Source: a bacterium
GTDB lineage: Bacteria > Patescibacteriota > JABMPQ01 > JAUVWW01
Direction of reading: 5' to 3'
Assembly: GCA_030603885.1 (NCBI GenBank)
Contig: JAUVWW010000001.1
Location: 135,242 to 199,241 of the forward strand
Length of the DNA stretch: 64,000 nt
Part shown: positions 10,106 to 20,444 of the stretch, piece after piece
Numbering within the stretch: position 1 is the first letter of the stretch
Layout of the letters: the number at the start of each line of letters is the position of its first letter
The notes under the pieces: generated by a model
Told to the model about the DNA's origin: nothing
What the model saw: the letters and a program-made list of their open reading frames with translations, nothing else
Databases searched by the model: none
Translations under genes and position numbers: made by a program

Positions 10106-10552
10106 ATGAACAAGAAAATCGTCATCGTTATTGTGGTTTTAGTCCTAATTGGTGGCCTTGGCTATTTATTAGCCAAAAGATCTAGAATTATCAAAATTGG
10201 ACAGCCACAAGAAGAGATGGTCCTTGAGGAGTCTGGGTCTGAGTCTGAAGAGGAAACGCCTAAGGACGAAGCATCTTTAGAAGACCTTGCTAAATGTTTG
10301 GAGGAAAAGGGGATCAAATTTTATGGTACTTCTTGGTGTGGCTGGTGTAATCGTCAGAAACAGCTTTTTGGTGAAGCAGCTAGGTATCTCCCTTATGTTG
10401 AATGTACGGATAAGGAAACCAATCAGATGACTGAAGAATGTCAAAAAGCAGAAATCTCTGGTTTTCCCACCTGGGATTTTTTCGGAGAAAAAGAAGCTGG
10501 TTTTAAATCTCTTGAGGAATTAACTGAGCTATCCGACTGCTCACTAAAGTGA
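10106..10552 (+). CDS. membrane-anchored thioredoxin-fold protein (CxxC)
   Basis: N-terminal TM helix, acidic linker, WCGWC active-site motif. Confidence 0.5.
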   Translation: MNKKIVIVIVVLVLIGGLGYLLAKRSRIIKIGQPQEEMVLEESGSESEEETPKDEASLEDLAKCLEEKGIKFYGTSWCGWCNRQKQLFGEAARYLPYVECTDKETNQMTEECQKAEISGFPTWDFFGEKEAGFKSLEELTELSDCSLK

Positions 10553-10596
10553 ACTAAAAAATATGAGAATATATGTAGTTTTGCTAAACTGACGAT

Positions 10597-11349
10597 ATGA
10601 GTATTTTATTTTATATACTGATAAGCACATCTTTGATTAGTCTAATCGCTTTTATTGGGGTCTTATTTTTATTTTTAAAAGAGAAGCTTTTGACTAAAAT
10701 CCTTCTAATTTTAGTAGCTTTCTCTGCTGGGACTTTAATTGGGGGAGCATTTTTACATCTAATCCCAGAGGCAATTGCTAGAGTTGGAGCTAGTGAGACT
10801 TCTGTGTTAGGCCTGTTTTTATACTTACTCCTTGGTTTCTGTATCTTCTTCATTCTAGAACAATTTATTAGATGGCATCATCACCATGCTATACGACATC
10901 CTAAAATAAGACCCTTTTCTTATTTAATTTTAATTTCAGATGGCGTACATAATTTTATTGATGGTTTAGTAATTGCTGCTTCTTTTGTCGTCGCCTTCCC
11001 AATTGGAGTGGTCACTGCTTTGGCGGTAGCTTTGCATGAAATTCCTCAAGAAATTGGTGATTATGGGATTTTAATCTATGGCGGATTTAAAAAGGTTAAA
11101 GCTTTATTCTTAAACTTTTTATCAGCCATCACTGTTGTTTTTGGTGGAATTGCTGGATTTTTGCTTTCGGAAAAAATAGGAGAATCAATTGTTTTCCTTT
11201 TACCCTTTGCTGCTGGAAATTTCATTTACATTGCCTCTGCAGACTTGATTCCAGAAATTAAACATAGAGTAAGCATTAAGAAATCATTGATACATTTTAT
11301 TGTTTTTCTGTCAGGCATGGGTTTAATGTTATTAATAAAGTTATTATAA
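10597..11349 (+). CDS. ZIP family divalent metal (zinc) transporter
   Basis: Multi-TM; HHHH loop; conserved HNFIDGLVIAASF and HEIPQEIGDYG motifs of ZupT/ZIP. Confidence 0.75.
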   Translation: MSILFYILISTSLISLIAFIGVLFLFLKEKLLTKILLILVAFSAGTLIGGAFLHLIPEAIARVGASETSVLGLFLYLLLGFCIFFILEQFIRWHHHHAIRHPKIRPFSYLILISDGVHNFIDGLVIAASFVVAFPIGVVTALAVALHEIPQEIGDYGILIYGGFKKVKALFLNFLSAITVVFGGIAGFLLSEKIGESIVFLLPFAAGNFIYIASADLIPEIKHRVSIKKSLIHFIVFLSGMGLMLLIKLL

Positions 11350-11480
11350 ATAAAGTCATTGCTAGAAAAATTGGCCCAGGAGCTCAAAGAAACCTTGAAG
11401 CTTTTGGGATAAAGCTTGTTTTGACCAAAGAAAATAAACCAGAAAAAGTTATCTAATAATTAATTGACTAAAGAAAAACT

Positions 11481-12041
11481 ATGCAGAAAACCAAAGAAAA
11501 TCTACTCAAAGCTTTTGCTGGCGAATCCATGGCCAGGAACAAATACACCCTCTTTGCCAAAAAAGCTCGTCAAGAAGGGTATGAGCAAATTGCAGCTATT
11601 TTTGAAGAAACAGCAGACAACGAGAAAGCACATGCAGAAAGACTGATTAGTTTTCTAAAGAGTGAAACCAAAGCTACCTTAGCTGACTTTCCCTTAGCCG
11701 AGGTGGGGGACACCAAAACAAATCTAAAAGCAGCAGCTCAAGGAGAGCATTATGAATGGACAGAGATGTATCCAGACTTTGAAAAAGAAGCAAGAGATGA
11801 GGGAGAAAATGAAATTGCAGATGCTTTTAAAGAGATAGGCGAGGTAGAGGAGCAGCATGAGAAAAGGTATTTGGCTTTATTAAAAAATATAGAACAAGAA
11901 AAGGTATTTAAGAAAGACAAGGAAGTATATTGGAAATGCCGCAACTGTGGCTATATTCACAAAGGAAAAGAGGCTCCCAAAGAATGTCCTTCCTGTGGCT
12001 ACCCCCAGAGTTACTATGAACTTTGGTGTCAGAATTATTAA
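11481..12041 (+). CDS. rubrerythrin
   Basis: Diiron ferritin-like EExxH-type region plus C-terminal rubredoxin-like CRNCGY...CPSCG. Confidence 0.8.
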   Translation: MQKTKENLLKAFAGESMARNKYTLFAKKARQEGYEQIAAIFEETADNEKAHAERLISFLKSETKATLADFPLAEVGDTKTNLKAAAQGEHYEWTEMYPDFEKEARDEGENEIADAFKEIGEVEEQHEKRYLALLKNIEQEKVFKKDKEVYWKCRNCGYIHKGKEAPKECPSCGYPQSYYELWCQNY

Positions 12042-12049
12042 TTACATAA

Positions 12050-13222
12050 ATGGAAAAATGTATTATAGTCCACTATCACGAAATTGGACTAAAGGGAAAA
12101 AACAGAAGATTTTTTGAAGATAAACTAAAAGAGAGCCTAAAGGAGGCTCTCTTTGGATTGAAATATGATTTCGTTGAGCGTATTTTTGGAAGAATAATTA
12201 TCAAACTTCTTGAGGAGTCTGATTTTAAAAGGATGAAAGAGAAGATAAAAAATGTTTTTGGGGTGGCTAATTTTTCACTAGGCTATTCAGTCGAGCCCGA
12301 CATAGAAAAAATCCAAGTGGCAGCAGGGGAGTTAATGAAACAAAGAAAACTTCGATCTTTTAAAGTGGAAACCAAGAGAGCCTGGAAGGAGTTTCCTTTG
12401 ACTTCACCTGAGATTTCAAGCAAAGTAGGAGGTTATCTTAGAGCTAAAACTAAAGTAAAGGTAGATGTCAAAAATCCAGATGTTATCTGCTTTATAGAAA
12501 TTGCCAATCCAAAACGTGCTTTTGTCTACCTTGGTAAAATAAAAGGGCTTGGAGGATTGCCAGTATCTACTGGCGGTAGGGTAGTGGCTTTGCTTTCTGG
12601 AGGCATTGATTCCCCTGTGGCTTGCTTTCTGACATTAAAAAGAGGGGTAGGTGTAGTCTTTGTACATTTTCACAGTTATCCTCAAACTCCCAAAGCTTCT
12701 CAGGAAAAAGCAGCCTTATTGGCTAAGCTCCTAACACAATATCAGTTTAGATCTAAGCTTTATCTTGTACCATTTTTGAATATTCAAAAAGAAATAATTA
12801 CTAAATGTCCGGCTAAATTTAGAGTAATTCTTTATCGCAGATTTATGTTCAGGATTGCAGAGGAGATTACTAAGAAAGAAAGAGCAAAAGCTTTAGTCAC
12901 TGGAGAAAGTATTGGACAGGTAGCTTCTCAGACTATAGAAAATATAGGGGTGATTGAAGAGGCTATTGGACTTTCAGTCTTTAGACCTCTAATTGGGATG
13001 GATAAAGAAGAAATTATAGACCTAGCTAAGAAAATTAAGAGCTTTGAAATTTCTATTTTACCTCACCAAGATTGCTGTTCTCTTTTTATACCCAAACATC
13101 CAGCAACCAAGGCCTCATTAGCGAAAGTGAAAGGAGCAGAAAACAAATTAAACAACATAGAAAAGTTAACAAATGAAGCTTTGAGAGGTGCAGAAATAAA
13201 AACATTCTCTTATGGTAAATAA
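12050..13222 (+). CDS. thiI: tRNA 4-thiouridine synthase ThiI (THUMP + PP-loop)
   Basis: PP-loop SGGIDSPVA; THUMP-like N-terminal domain. Confidence 0.8.
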   Translation: MEKCIIVHYHEIGLKGKNRRFFEDKLKESLKEALFGLKYDFVERIFGRIIIKLLEESDFKRMKEKIKNVFGVANFSLGYSVEPDIEKIQVAAGELMKQRKLRSFKVETKRAWKEFPLTSPEISSKVGGYLRAKTKVKVDVKNPDVICFIEIANPKRAFVYLGKIKGLGGLPVSTGGRVVALLSGGIDSPVACFLTLKRGVGVVFVHFHSYPQTPKASQEKAALLAKLLTQYQFRSKLYLVPFLNIQKEIITKCPAKFRVILYRRFMFRIAEEITKKERAKALVTGESIGQVASQTIENIGVIEEAIGLSVFRPLIGMDKEEIIDLAKKIKSFEISILPHQDCCSLFIPKHPATKASLAKVKGAENKLNNIEKLTNEALRGAEIKTFSYGK

Positions 13223-14300
13223 AAATAAAAAAATTGTAGTGGGGATGTCAGGAGGAATAGATTCCTCTGTGTCTTTGCTATTGCTTAAAAAACAGGGCTT
13301 TGATCCAATAGGTCTTTCTTTAAAATATGCTGTCTGGAAAGATAAAAGGAATTTGTTAAGAGAAAATGTTTGTTGTAGCCCTGAATCTTTTAGAATTGCT
13401 AAAGAAATTTGTCAAAAACTAAACGTCCCTCATTTTATTGTTGATGTATCAGAAGAGTTTGAGAAAAAAGTGATAAATTATTTTATTTCAGAATTGAAAG
13501 ATAATAAAACTCCAAATCCCTGCGTTATTTGTAACCGCTATCTTAAATTCAAGAAACTTTTTGAGTGGGCCAAAGAGCATAATATTAAATATGTAGCTAC
13601 TGGACATTATACTAGGATCAGAAAAAATCCCAAGACTAAAAAATATGAGCTTTTACGAGCCAAAGATAAAAATAAAGATCAAACTTATTCTTTAAGCTTT
13701 CTTCCTCAAAAATGGCTAAAAAATATAATTTTCCCGGTGGGTGACTATCTTAAAGAAGAAATTTACAAAATAGCCTTGAGGGAAGGTTTTGATTTTTTTC
13801 TTAAAAGAAAACAAAGCCAGGATTTCTGTTTTGTAGCAGGCAAATCTCTTTATTATTTTTTAGAGGCAAAAATTGGTAAAAACCCTGGTTTGATTATGGA
13901 TACAGAGAATAATATTTTAGGGAAGCACAAAGGCCTACACTTTTATACTATTGGACAGAGAAAGGGTATTAGGCTTGCTGGGGGACCTTATTTTGTGGTT
14001 GATTTTGATATTTCCAAAAATATTTTAAAAGTTTCAAAAGATTTAGATAAACTTTACCAAAAAAAGATTTTTCTTTCTCCCTATCATTTTATTTCTAGAA
14101 TTACACCACAGAACAAAATTCAGGTGATGGCTAAAGTTCGCTATCGTCAATCCTTAGCCAGAGCTACTCTTATTCCTATAAAAGAAAATAGGTTAATGGC
14201 AGTTTTTGACATTCCCCAGAAAGCTCCTACCCCTGGCCAGTTTTGTGTTTTCTGGAAAGGTGATGTTTGTTTAGGTGGGGGAGTAATTAATAATGCTTAG
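13212..14300 (+). CDS. mnmA: tRNA-specific 2-thiouridylase MnmA
   Basis: PP-loop GMSGGIDSSV, conserved Cys (CNRYLKF), length and overall pattern typical of MnmA. Confidence 0.85.
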   Translation: MVNKNKKIVVGMSGGIDSSVSLLLLKKQGFDPIGLSLKYAVWKDKRNLLRENVCCSPESFRIAKEICQKLNVPHFIVDVSEEFEKKVINYFISELKDNKTPNPCVICNRYLKFKKLFEWAKEHNIKYVATGHYTRIRKNPKTKKYELLRAKDKNKDQTYSLSFLPQKWLKNIIFPVGDYLKEEIYKIALREGFDFFLKRKQSQDFCFVAGKSLYYFLEAKIGKNPGLIMDTENNILGKHKGLHFYTIGQRKGIRLAGGPYFVVDFDISKNILKVSKDLDKLYQKKIFLSPYHFISRITPQNKIQVMAKVRYRQSLARATLIPIKENRLMAVFDIPQKAPTPGQFCVFWKGDVCLGGGVINNA

Positions 14301-14405
14301 TAACTAATTACCAGTCTCATCTAATATAGTTGAAAAATAAGAGAAAAAAGGCTAAACTTTAATTAAAGAAATTTATTGAATGTTATAAATAAAAGAGTAC
14401 CCACT

Positions 14406-14897
14406 ATGTCCATACTCAAAATCCGAAAATATGGCGATCCTGTTCTCAGGCAAAAATGTGAGCCAGTCAAAGAAGTCACGGATGAAATTAGAAAACTCAT
14501 TGATGATATGATCGAAACTATGCATAAAAATGAGGGTATTGGCCTAGCTGCTCCTCAGGTAGGAGTGAAAAAGAGAGTTATTGTCATCGATGTTGGAGAT
14601 GGACCTCTTGCTTTAGTCAATCCAAAAATCACCAAAAAAAAAGGAAGAGATATATTAGAAGAAGGTTGTCTTTCTGTTCCTGGAATCTTTGCTAATATAA
14701 AAAGAGCTACCAAAGTTATTATCGAAGGTCTAGATAAGAAAGGAAAGAAAGTAGATATTGAAGCCAGCTATCTTGCTGCCCGAGCCTTACAACATGAAGT
14801 TGATCATCTAAATGGAATTCTAATTATTGATAAAATTAGTTTCTTTGTAAGGCGAAGGTTAAAAGATAAGTTAAAGAAAATCAGGGAGCAATCATGA
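14406..14897 (+). CDS. def: peptide deformylase
   Basis: GIGLAAPQVG, EGCLS and HEVDHLNG motifs. Confidence 0.85.
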   Translation: MSILKIRKYGDPVLRQKCEPVKEVTDEIRKLIDDMIETMHKNEGIGLAAPQVGVKKRVIVIDVGDGPLALVNPKITKKKGRDILEEGCLSVPGIFANIKRATKVIIEGLDKKGKKVDIEASYLAARALQHEVDHLNGILIIDKISFFVRRRLKDKLKKIREQS

Positions 14898-16033
14898 AAA
14901 AATTTTTCTATGCTTTAGCTGTTTTGTGTGGCACCATCATTGGGGTAGGACTTTTTGGCCTTCCCTATGTAGCTTCAAAGACCGGCTTTTGGATCTTGAT
15001 TTTATACTTTTTAGTCCTAGGTGCTATAGTCTATTTTTTACATCTTCTTTTTTCAGAAGTATGCCTTCGGACTAGAGGAAAACAACGCCTTCCCGGATAT
15101 GCTGAAAAGTATCTAGGAAAGTGGGGGAAGAGAATATCTTTCTTTTCTGTAGTTTCTTCTCTTTACGGAGCTCTTTTAGCCTATATTATTGTAGGAGGGA
15201 AATTTCTACACAGTCTTTTTTCGTCCTGGCTCGGAGGTCAAGCTCTTTGGTATGCAATAGTTTTTTTTGTTTTTGGAGCTTTATTTATTTTCTTTGGCAT
15301 TAGGAGTATTGCTCCTTTTGAGCTTTGGATGTTGGGACTGTTTTTTGTAATTTTGATTATCTTTTTTGTTTTTGGCTCACCGCAAATAGAAATCCAAAAT
15401 TTAACTATTTCAGGAAAGCTTTCCAATCTGTTTTTACCCTACGGAGTAGTCCTTTTTTCTCTCTGGGGAATACCTTTGATTCCTGAACTGGAAGACATAC
15501 TAGGAAAGAAAAAAAAGTTAATGAAAAAGGTTTGTCTTTCGGGGGTGTGGTTAGCAGTTCTTACTTATCTCTTATTTATTGTCTTAATTCTTGGAGTTTG
15601 TGGTTCATCCACCACCGAAGAAGCTTTAATTGGCCTTGAATCATTTTTAGGAAGGAGAGTGGTTGCTTTTGGTTTAACTTTTGGTGTCCTTACTTGTTTT
15701 ACTTCTTTTTTAACTCTAGGACTTACTTTAAAAAAAGTATTTTGGTATGATTTTAAAATTCCAAAGAATACCTCTTTTGTTCTAGCTTGCTTTATACCTC
15801 TTTTAGCTTATATTCTCGGTCTTTCTAGTTTTATTAAAGTTGTTTCCGTAACTGGAGGAGTAATGTTGGCCATAAATGGAATCTTAGTTATTCTTATGCA
15901 CAGAAAGGCTAAAAAGCTAGGAGACGATGTGCCAGCTTATTCCATTTCCTATCCCAAAGCTATTTCTTATTTTCTAATTTTGCTTTTTGTTTTAGGTATT
16001 ATTTATGAGATTTTTTATTTTATAAGAGGGTAA
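14894..16033 (+). CDS. polytopic membrane protein, putative permease
   Basis: About 11 predicted hydrophobic helices; no specific family motif recognised. Confidence 0.35.
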   Translation: MKKFFYALAVLCGTIIGVGLFGLPYVASKTGFWILILYFLVLGAIVYFLHLLFSEVCLRTRGKQRLPGYAEKYLGKWGKRISFFSVVSSLYGALLAYIIVGGKFLHSLFSSWLGGQALWYAIVFFVFGALFIFFGIRSIAPFELWMLGLFFVILIIFFVFGSPQIEIQNLTISGKLSNLFLPYGVVLFSLWGIPLIPELEDILGKKKKLMKKVCLSGVWLAVLTYLLFIVLILGVCGSSTTEEALIGLESFLGRRVVAFGLTFGVLTCFTSFLTLGLTLKKVFWYDFKIPKNTSFVLACFIPLLAYILGLSSFIKVVSVTGGVMLAINGILVILMHRKAKKLGDDVPAYSISYPKAISYFLILLFVLGIIYEIFYFIRG

Positions 16034-16075
16034 GTTTAGCTTGATTTTTAATAAAAATAGTATAAAATTATATAT

Positions 16076-16339
16076 ATGACAAATAAAGCATTGCAGGAAA
16101 AAATTGAAAAAATTCTTAAAGAAGATGTGAGACCATTTGTTGTCTCTCATGGTGGTGATATCGAATTGGTAGAAATAAAAAAAGATACAGTCAAAGTTAG
16201 ATTTAAAGGAACCTGTGCTGCTTGCCCTGTAGCCCAAATGACCCTAACGAATGTAGTTGAGAAAGCTATTAAGTCTAAAGTTCCTCAAATAAAGAAAGTC
16301 GAGGCTATTTGTCGACCTCCAAGTAGTAAACCCCGCTAA
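16076..16339 (+). CDS. NifU-like Fe-S cluster carrier domain protein
   Basis: GGDIELVEI....GTCAACP motif of the NifU C-terminal (Nfu) domain. Confidence 0.7.
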   Translation: MTNKALQEKIEKILKEDVRPFVVSHGGDIELVEIKKDTVKVRFKGTCAACPVAQMTLTNVVEKAIKSKVPQIKKVEAICRPPSSKPR

Positions 16340-16356
16340 GCGGGATAAATAAAAAT

Positions 16357-16677
16357 ATGGCAGAAGTAACCCTAACAGATGACAATTTTAAAAAAGAAGT
16401 TTTAGAATCGGATATACCTGTCTTGGTTGACTTTTGGGCGGAGTGGTGTGGACCTTGTCAGATGATAGCTCCTGTTATAGAAGAAATAGCCAAGGAATTT
16501 GAAGGAAAGTTCAAGGTGGGAAAGCTCAATGTGGATGAAAATAAACAGACTGCTGGAAACTACAATATTATGAGTATTCCAGCTCTTCTGATTTTTAAAG
16601 ATGGAGAAGTAGTGGATGAGATGGTTGGCTCAATGCCTAAGAATGAAATTGTAAATCATATTAAGAAATTTATATAA
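16357..16677 (+). CDS. trxA: thioredoxin
   Basis: WCGPC active site, about 106 aa. Confidence 0.85.
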   Translation: MAEVTLTDDNFKKEVLESDIPVLVDFWAEWCGPCQMIAPVIEEIAKEFEGKFKVGKLNVDENKQTAGNYNIMSIPALLIFKDGEVVDEMVGSMPKNEIVNHIKKFI

Positions 16678-16679
16678 TA

Positions 16680-16934
16680 ATGCAAAAAATAATAACAATT
16701 CCCAGCTTTTTCGTGTTGGGATTGATTACTCTTTATCAAAAAACATTATCATTTGATCATGGAATATTTTCCTGTCTCTTTCCTTATGGTTTTTGTCGCT
16801 TCCATCCCACTTGTTCAGAATATCTCAAACAAGCCATTCGAAAATACGGTCTCATAAAAGGGTTATTTTTGGGGATAAAAAGAATCTTACACTGTCATCC
16901 TTTTAATAAGGGTGGATATGATCCAGTACCATAA
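16680..16934 (+). CDS. yidD: membrane protein insertion efficiency factor YidD
   Basis: [10 protein letters not shown] and [12 protein letters not shown] motifs; about 84 aa. Confidence 0.75.
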   Translation: MQKIITIPSFFVLGLITLYQKTLSFDHGIFSCLFPYGFCRFHPTCSEYLKQAIRKYGLIKGLFLGIKRILHCHPFNKGGYDPVP

Positions 16935-16951
16935 AAAATTAAAAACTCAAA

Positions 16952-17881
16952 ATGAAAAATGAAAAATTATATGATTTAATTATCATCGGTGCCGGGGCAG
17001 CAGGGCTGACTGCCTCTATTTATGCCTCAAGATACAAAGTTAGGCATCTTGTTTTAGGAAAAGTTTCTGGTGGCTTAACTTTGGAAGCACACAAGGTTGA
17101 GAATTATCCAGGTTATAAATCTATTTCTGGTATGGAACTGATGCAAAAGTTTCAAGAGCATGCTAAGAGTCTTGGAGCTAAAATAGAACAAGACGAGATT
17201 GTTAATATAGAGAGAAAAAATAAAGATTTTGGGATAACCACATCGCAAGACAAAAAATATCAAACAAAAACTCTCATTTTAGCTTTGGGAACTAAAAGAA
17301 GAAAGCTCAATATCCCGGGAGAAAAAGAACTTTTAGGAAAAGGAGTATCATACTGTGCTGTCTGTGATGCTATCTTTTATAAAGATAAAATTGTGGCTGT
17401 TATTGGAGGAAGTAATGCTGCAGCCATGTCAGCTCTTGTGCTTGTCGAACATGCTAAACAAGTCTATATTATTTATAGAAGAGAAAAGCTTCGAGCAGAA
17501 CCCGTTATGGTAGATAAGGTAGAAACTAATCCTAAAATCGAGATTATTTATAGTACCAATGTTTTGGAAGCAAAAGGGAAAAATAAACTAGAAGAAATTG
17601 TTTTAGATAGAGAATATAAAGGAAGCAAGAAGCTAAAACTAGATGGTATTTTTGTAGAAATAGGTTCAACTCCTGCAATCAGTCTAACTCGAAAATTAGG
17701 TGTAGAAGTTGACCAAGAAAATTGTATAAAAGTTGATACTTATCAAGCCACTAATGTTCCTGGAGTTTTTGCTGCAGGAGATATAACCAGTGGCCTTGCT
17801 AAACTGCGACAAATTGTTACTGCTGCTGCTGAAGGAGCAGTAGCAGCTACTTCAGTATACGAGTACTTAAAAACTAAATAA
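16952..17881 (+). CDS. trxB: thioredoxin reductase
   Basis: FAD GxGxxG (IIGAGAAG), redox-active CAVCD, NAD(P) Rossmann motif (IGGSNAA). Confidence 0.85.
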   Translation: MKNEKLYDLIIIGAGAAGLTASIYASRYKVRHLVLGKVSGGLTLEAHKVENYPGYKSISGMELMQKFQEHAKSLGAKIEQDEIVNIERKNKDFGITTSQDKKYQTKTLILALGTKRRKLNIPGEKELLGKGVSYCAVCDAIFYKDKIVAVIGGSNAAAMSALVLVEHAKQVYIIYRREKLRAEPVMVDKVETNPKIEIIYSTNVLEAKGKNKLEEIVLDREYKGSKKLKLDGIFVEIGSTPAISLTRKLGVEVDQENCIKVDTYQATNVPGVFAAGDITSGLAKLRQIVTAAAEGAVAATSVYEYLKTK

Positions 17882-17901
17882 CATATAGAGATAAAGAACA
17901 A

Positions 17902-19128
17902 ATGAGTCCTTTTCAAGATGCTTTAACACAATTAAACAAGACAGCTAAAATCATAAAACTTGATAAGGATACCTTTGAGATCCTAAAACAACCTCAAAGA
18001 ATTCTAGAAGTGAATATCCCTATGAAGATGGATACAGATGAAATAAAAGTATTCCATGGTTACAGATGTCAATACAACAATGCTCGAGGCCCATACAAAG
18101 GAGGTATTCGTTTTCATCCCAATATAAATTTAGATAAAGTAAAAGCTTTGGCTTTTTGGATGACTTTAAAATGTGCTGTGGTTAATATCCCATTAGGAGG
18201 AGGAAAAGGTGGAGTAGTAGTTAATCCCAAAGAATTATCCAAGAACGAATTCGAAAGATTATCTAGAGGATATATTAAGACTATCTATAGAAATATCGGA
18301 CCAAATATAGATATTCCTGCTCCAGATGTAGGAACAAATGCTCAAGTTATGGCTTGGATGTTAGATGAGTATGAAAAACTAACAAATACCAAATCTCCAG
18401 GAGTAATCACTGGCAAACCCTTAGATTTAGGGGGATCAGAGGGTAGAGAACAAGCCACAGGACAAGGTGGTCTCTTTATTTTGGAAGAGGTAGTAAAAAA
18501 GCTAGATATTATGCCAGAAAAGATAGCTATTGCTGTTCAAGGCTATGGAAATGTAGGATATAATTTTGCTTGTTTAGCTTATAAAGCAGGATTTAAAATT
18601 GTAGCAGTGAGTGATTCTAAAGGGGGAATAGTTCTTGAGACCGGCTTGAATCCTGAGGAAGTTATGGAATATAAAAAGAAGACTGATTCAGTAGTAGGAT
18701 TCCCAGAAGCAAAAACTATTACTAACAAACGAATATTAGAGTTAGACTGTGACATTTTAGTCCCAGCCGCTTTAGAAGATGTCATAACTGACAAAAATGC
18801 TTCCAAAATCAAAGCTAAAGTAATTTTAGAGTTAGCCAATGGACCTATTACAGCTAAGGCAGATAAAATATTACATAAAGAGAATATCTTAGTAATACCT
18901 GACATTTTAGCCAATGCTGGAGGAGTAGTAGTTTCTTATTTTGAATGGCTACAAAACATTAGGAATAAATCTTGGACAGAGGAAGAAGTAATCAATAAGT
19001 TAAAAGAGATAATGGTAAAATCTTTTAAAGGAGTAGATGAAATAAAAGAAAAGTACCACATTGATATGAGAACAGCCGCTTACATTCTAGCCCTGAAAAG
19101 AATAGCTAGAGCTATTAAAGAAAAATAA
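17902..19128 (+). CDS. gdh: glutamate dehydrogenase (Glu/Leu/Phe/Val dehydrogenase family)
   Basis: GGGKGG-type catalytic Lys region (PLGGGKGGVV); Rossmann GYGNVG. Confidence 0.85.
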   Translation: MSPFQDALTQLNKTAKIIKLDKDTFEILKQPQRILEVNIPMKMDTDEIKVFHGYRCQYNNARGPYKGGIRFHPNINLDKVKALAFWMTLKCAVVNIPLGGGKGGVVVNPKELSKNEFERLSRGYIKTIYRNIGPNIDIPAPDVGTNAQVMAWMLDEYEKLTNTKSPGVITGKPLDLGGSEGREQATGQGGLFILEEVVKKLDIMPEKIAIAVQGYGNVGYNFACLAYKAGFKIVAVSDSKGGIVLETGLNPEEVMEYKKKTDSVVGFPEAKTITNKRILELDCDILVPAALEDVITDKNASKIKAKVILELANGPITAKADKILHKENILVIPDILANAGGVVVSYFEWLQNIRNKSWTEEEVINKLKEIMVKSFKGVDEIKEKYHIDMRTAAYILALKRIARAIKEK

Positions 19129-19194
19129 CATTTGTCAGGAGTTAGGTTTTTTGATAGAATAGAGAAAAGGTTCCTGACGTTTTTATTTAAAAAT

Positions 19195-20424
19195 ATGAAC
19201 TTATTTAGCCATAATCTTAAAACCAAGAGTCCTTTAGCAGATCGCATGCGTCCCGTAAGCCTGGATGAATTTGTCGGACAGGAGCATATTTTGGGAAAAG
19301 GAAAAATTTTAAGAAAAACTATAGAAGAAGGAGTAATTCCTTCTCTTATTTTATGGGGACCACCAGGATCAGGAAAAACAACTTTAGCTTATATTATTGC
19401 CAAAAAAACCAAAGCTAATTTTGTTTCTTTTTCAGCTGTAGCCTTAGGGGTAAAGCAGCTTAGGGAAGTAATAAAACAAGCCGAGGCTCAAAGAAAGGCC
19501 TATGGAAAATCAACCCTTCTTTTTGTAGACGAACTTCACCATTTTAATAAGTCTCAGCAAGCTACCTTTTTGCCCTATGTAGAAAACGGAACTATTATTC
19601 TGATTGGGGTGACCACAGAAAACCCTTCTTTTGAGATTATTTCTCCTTTGCTCTCTCGATGTCAGGTGTATATTCTAGATCCGCTTACTAAAGAGCAGCT
19701 AAACCCCATTCTTGAAAGAGCTCTTGCAGACAAACAAAGAGGGTTAGGCAAATATAAGATTAAAATAGAGAAAAAAGCTAGAGAATTTCTTTTAGAAGCA
19801 GCTGATGGAGATGCCAGAAGACTATTAAATACTTTAGAGATTAGCACAAGAGGTCAGACCTCTTCAATTACTTTAAAAGATATTGAAGAAGCTTTACAAA
19901 TCAAGACTTTAAGGTATGACAAAAAGGCAGAAGAGCATTATAATGTTATTTCTGCCTTTATTAAGTCTATGAGAAATTCAGATCCTTCGGCAAGCTTGTA
20001 TTGGCTAGCTAGGATGATCGAAGCAGGAGAGAATCCAAGATTTATTGCTCGGAGAATGGTTATTCTAGCTTCAGAAGACATAGGCAATGCTGATCCCCAA
20101 GCTTTATCAGTAGCCACGGCAGCAGCTCAAGCAGTAGAATTTGTGGGAATGCCAGAAGCCCAGCTCAATTTAGCTCAGGCAGCTACTTACTTAGCCTCAG
20201 CTCCAAAAAGCAACGCTTCATACATAGGACTCAAATCTGCCCAGGCTGATGTCAAAAGATATGGCACTTTGCCTGTCCCTTTACATTTAAAAAATCCTGT
20301 GACTTCCTTAATGAAAAAATGGGGCTACGGAAAAGGATATAAATATGCCCATGAATATCCTAAAGGAAAGACAGGCATGGAGTGTTTGCCAAAAGAGTTG
20401 AGAGGGAAGAAGTATTATAAATAA
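19195..20424 (+). CDS. rarA: replication-associated recombination protein A (RarA/MgsA AAA+ ATPase)
   Basis: MRPVSLDEFVGQEH N-terminus typical of RarA; Walker A GPPGSGKTT; Walker B LFVDELHHFN. Confidence 0.8.
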   Translation: MNLFSHNLKTKSPLADRMRPVSLDEFVGQEHILGKGKILRKTIEEGVIPSLILWGPPGSGKTTLAYIIAKKTKANFVSFSAVALGVKQLREVIKQAEAQRKAYGKSTLLFVDELHHFNKSQQATFLPYVENGTIILIGVTTENPSFEIISPLLSRCQVYILDPLTKEQLNPILERALADKQRGLGKYKIKIEKKAREFLLEAADGDARRLLNTLEISTRGQTSSITLKDIEEALQIKTLRYDKKAEEHYNVISAFIKSMRNSDPSASLYWLARMIEAGENPRFIARRMVILASEDIGNADPQALSVATAAAQAVEFVGMPEAQLNLAQAATYLASAPKSNASYIGLKSAQADVKRYGTLPVPLHLKNPVTSLMKKWGYGKGYKYAHEYPKGKTGMECLPKELRGKKYYK

Positions 20425-20444
20425 GGAGTTATTTAAGCCTTTTT

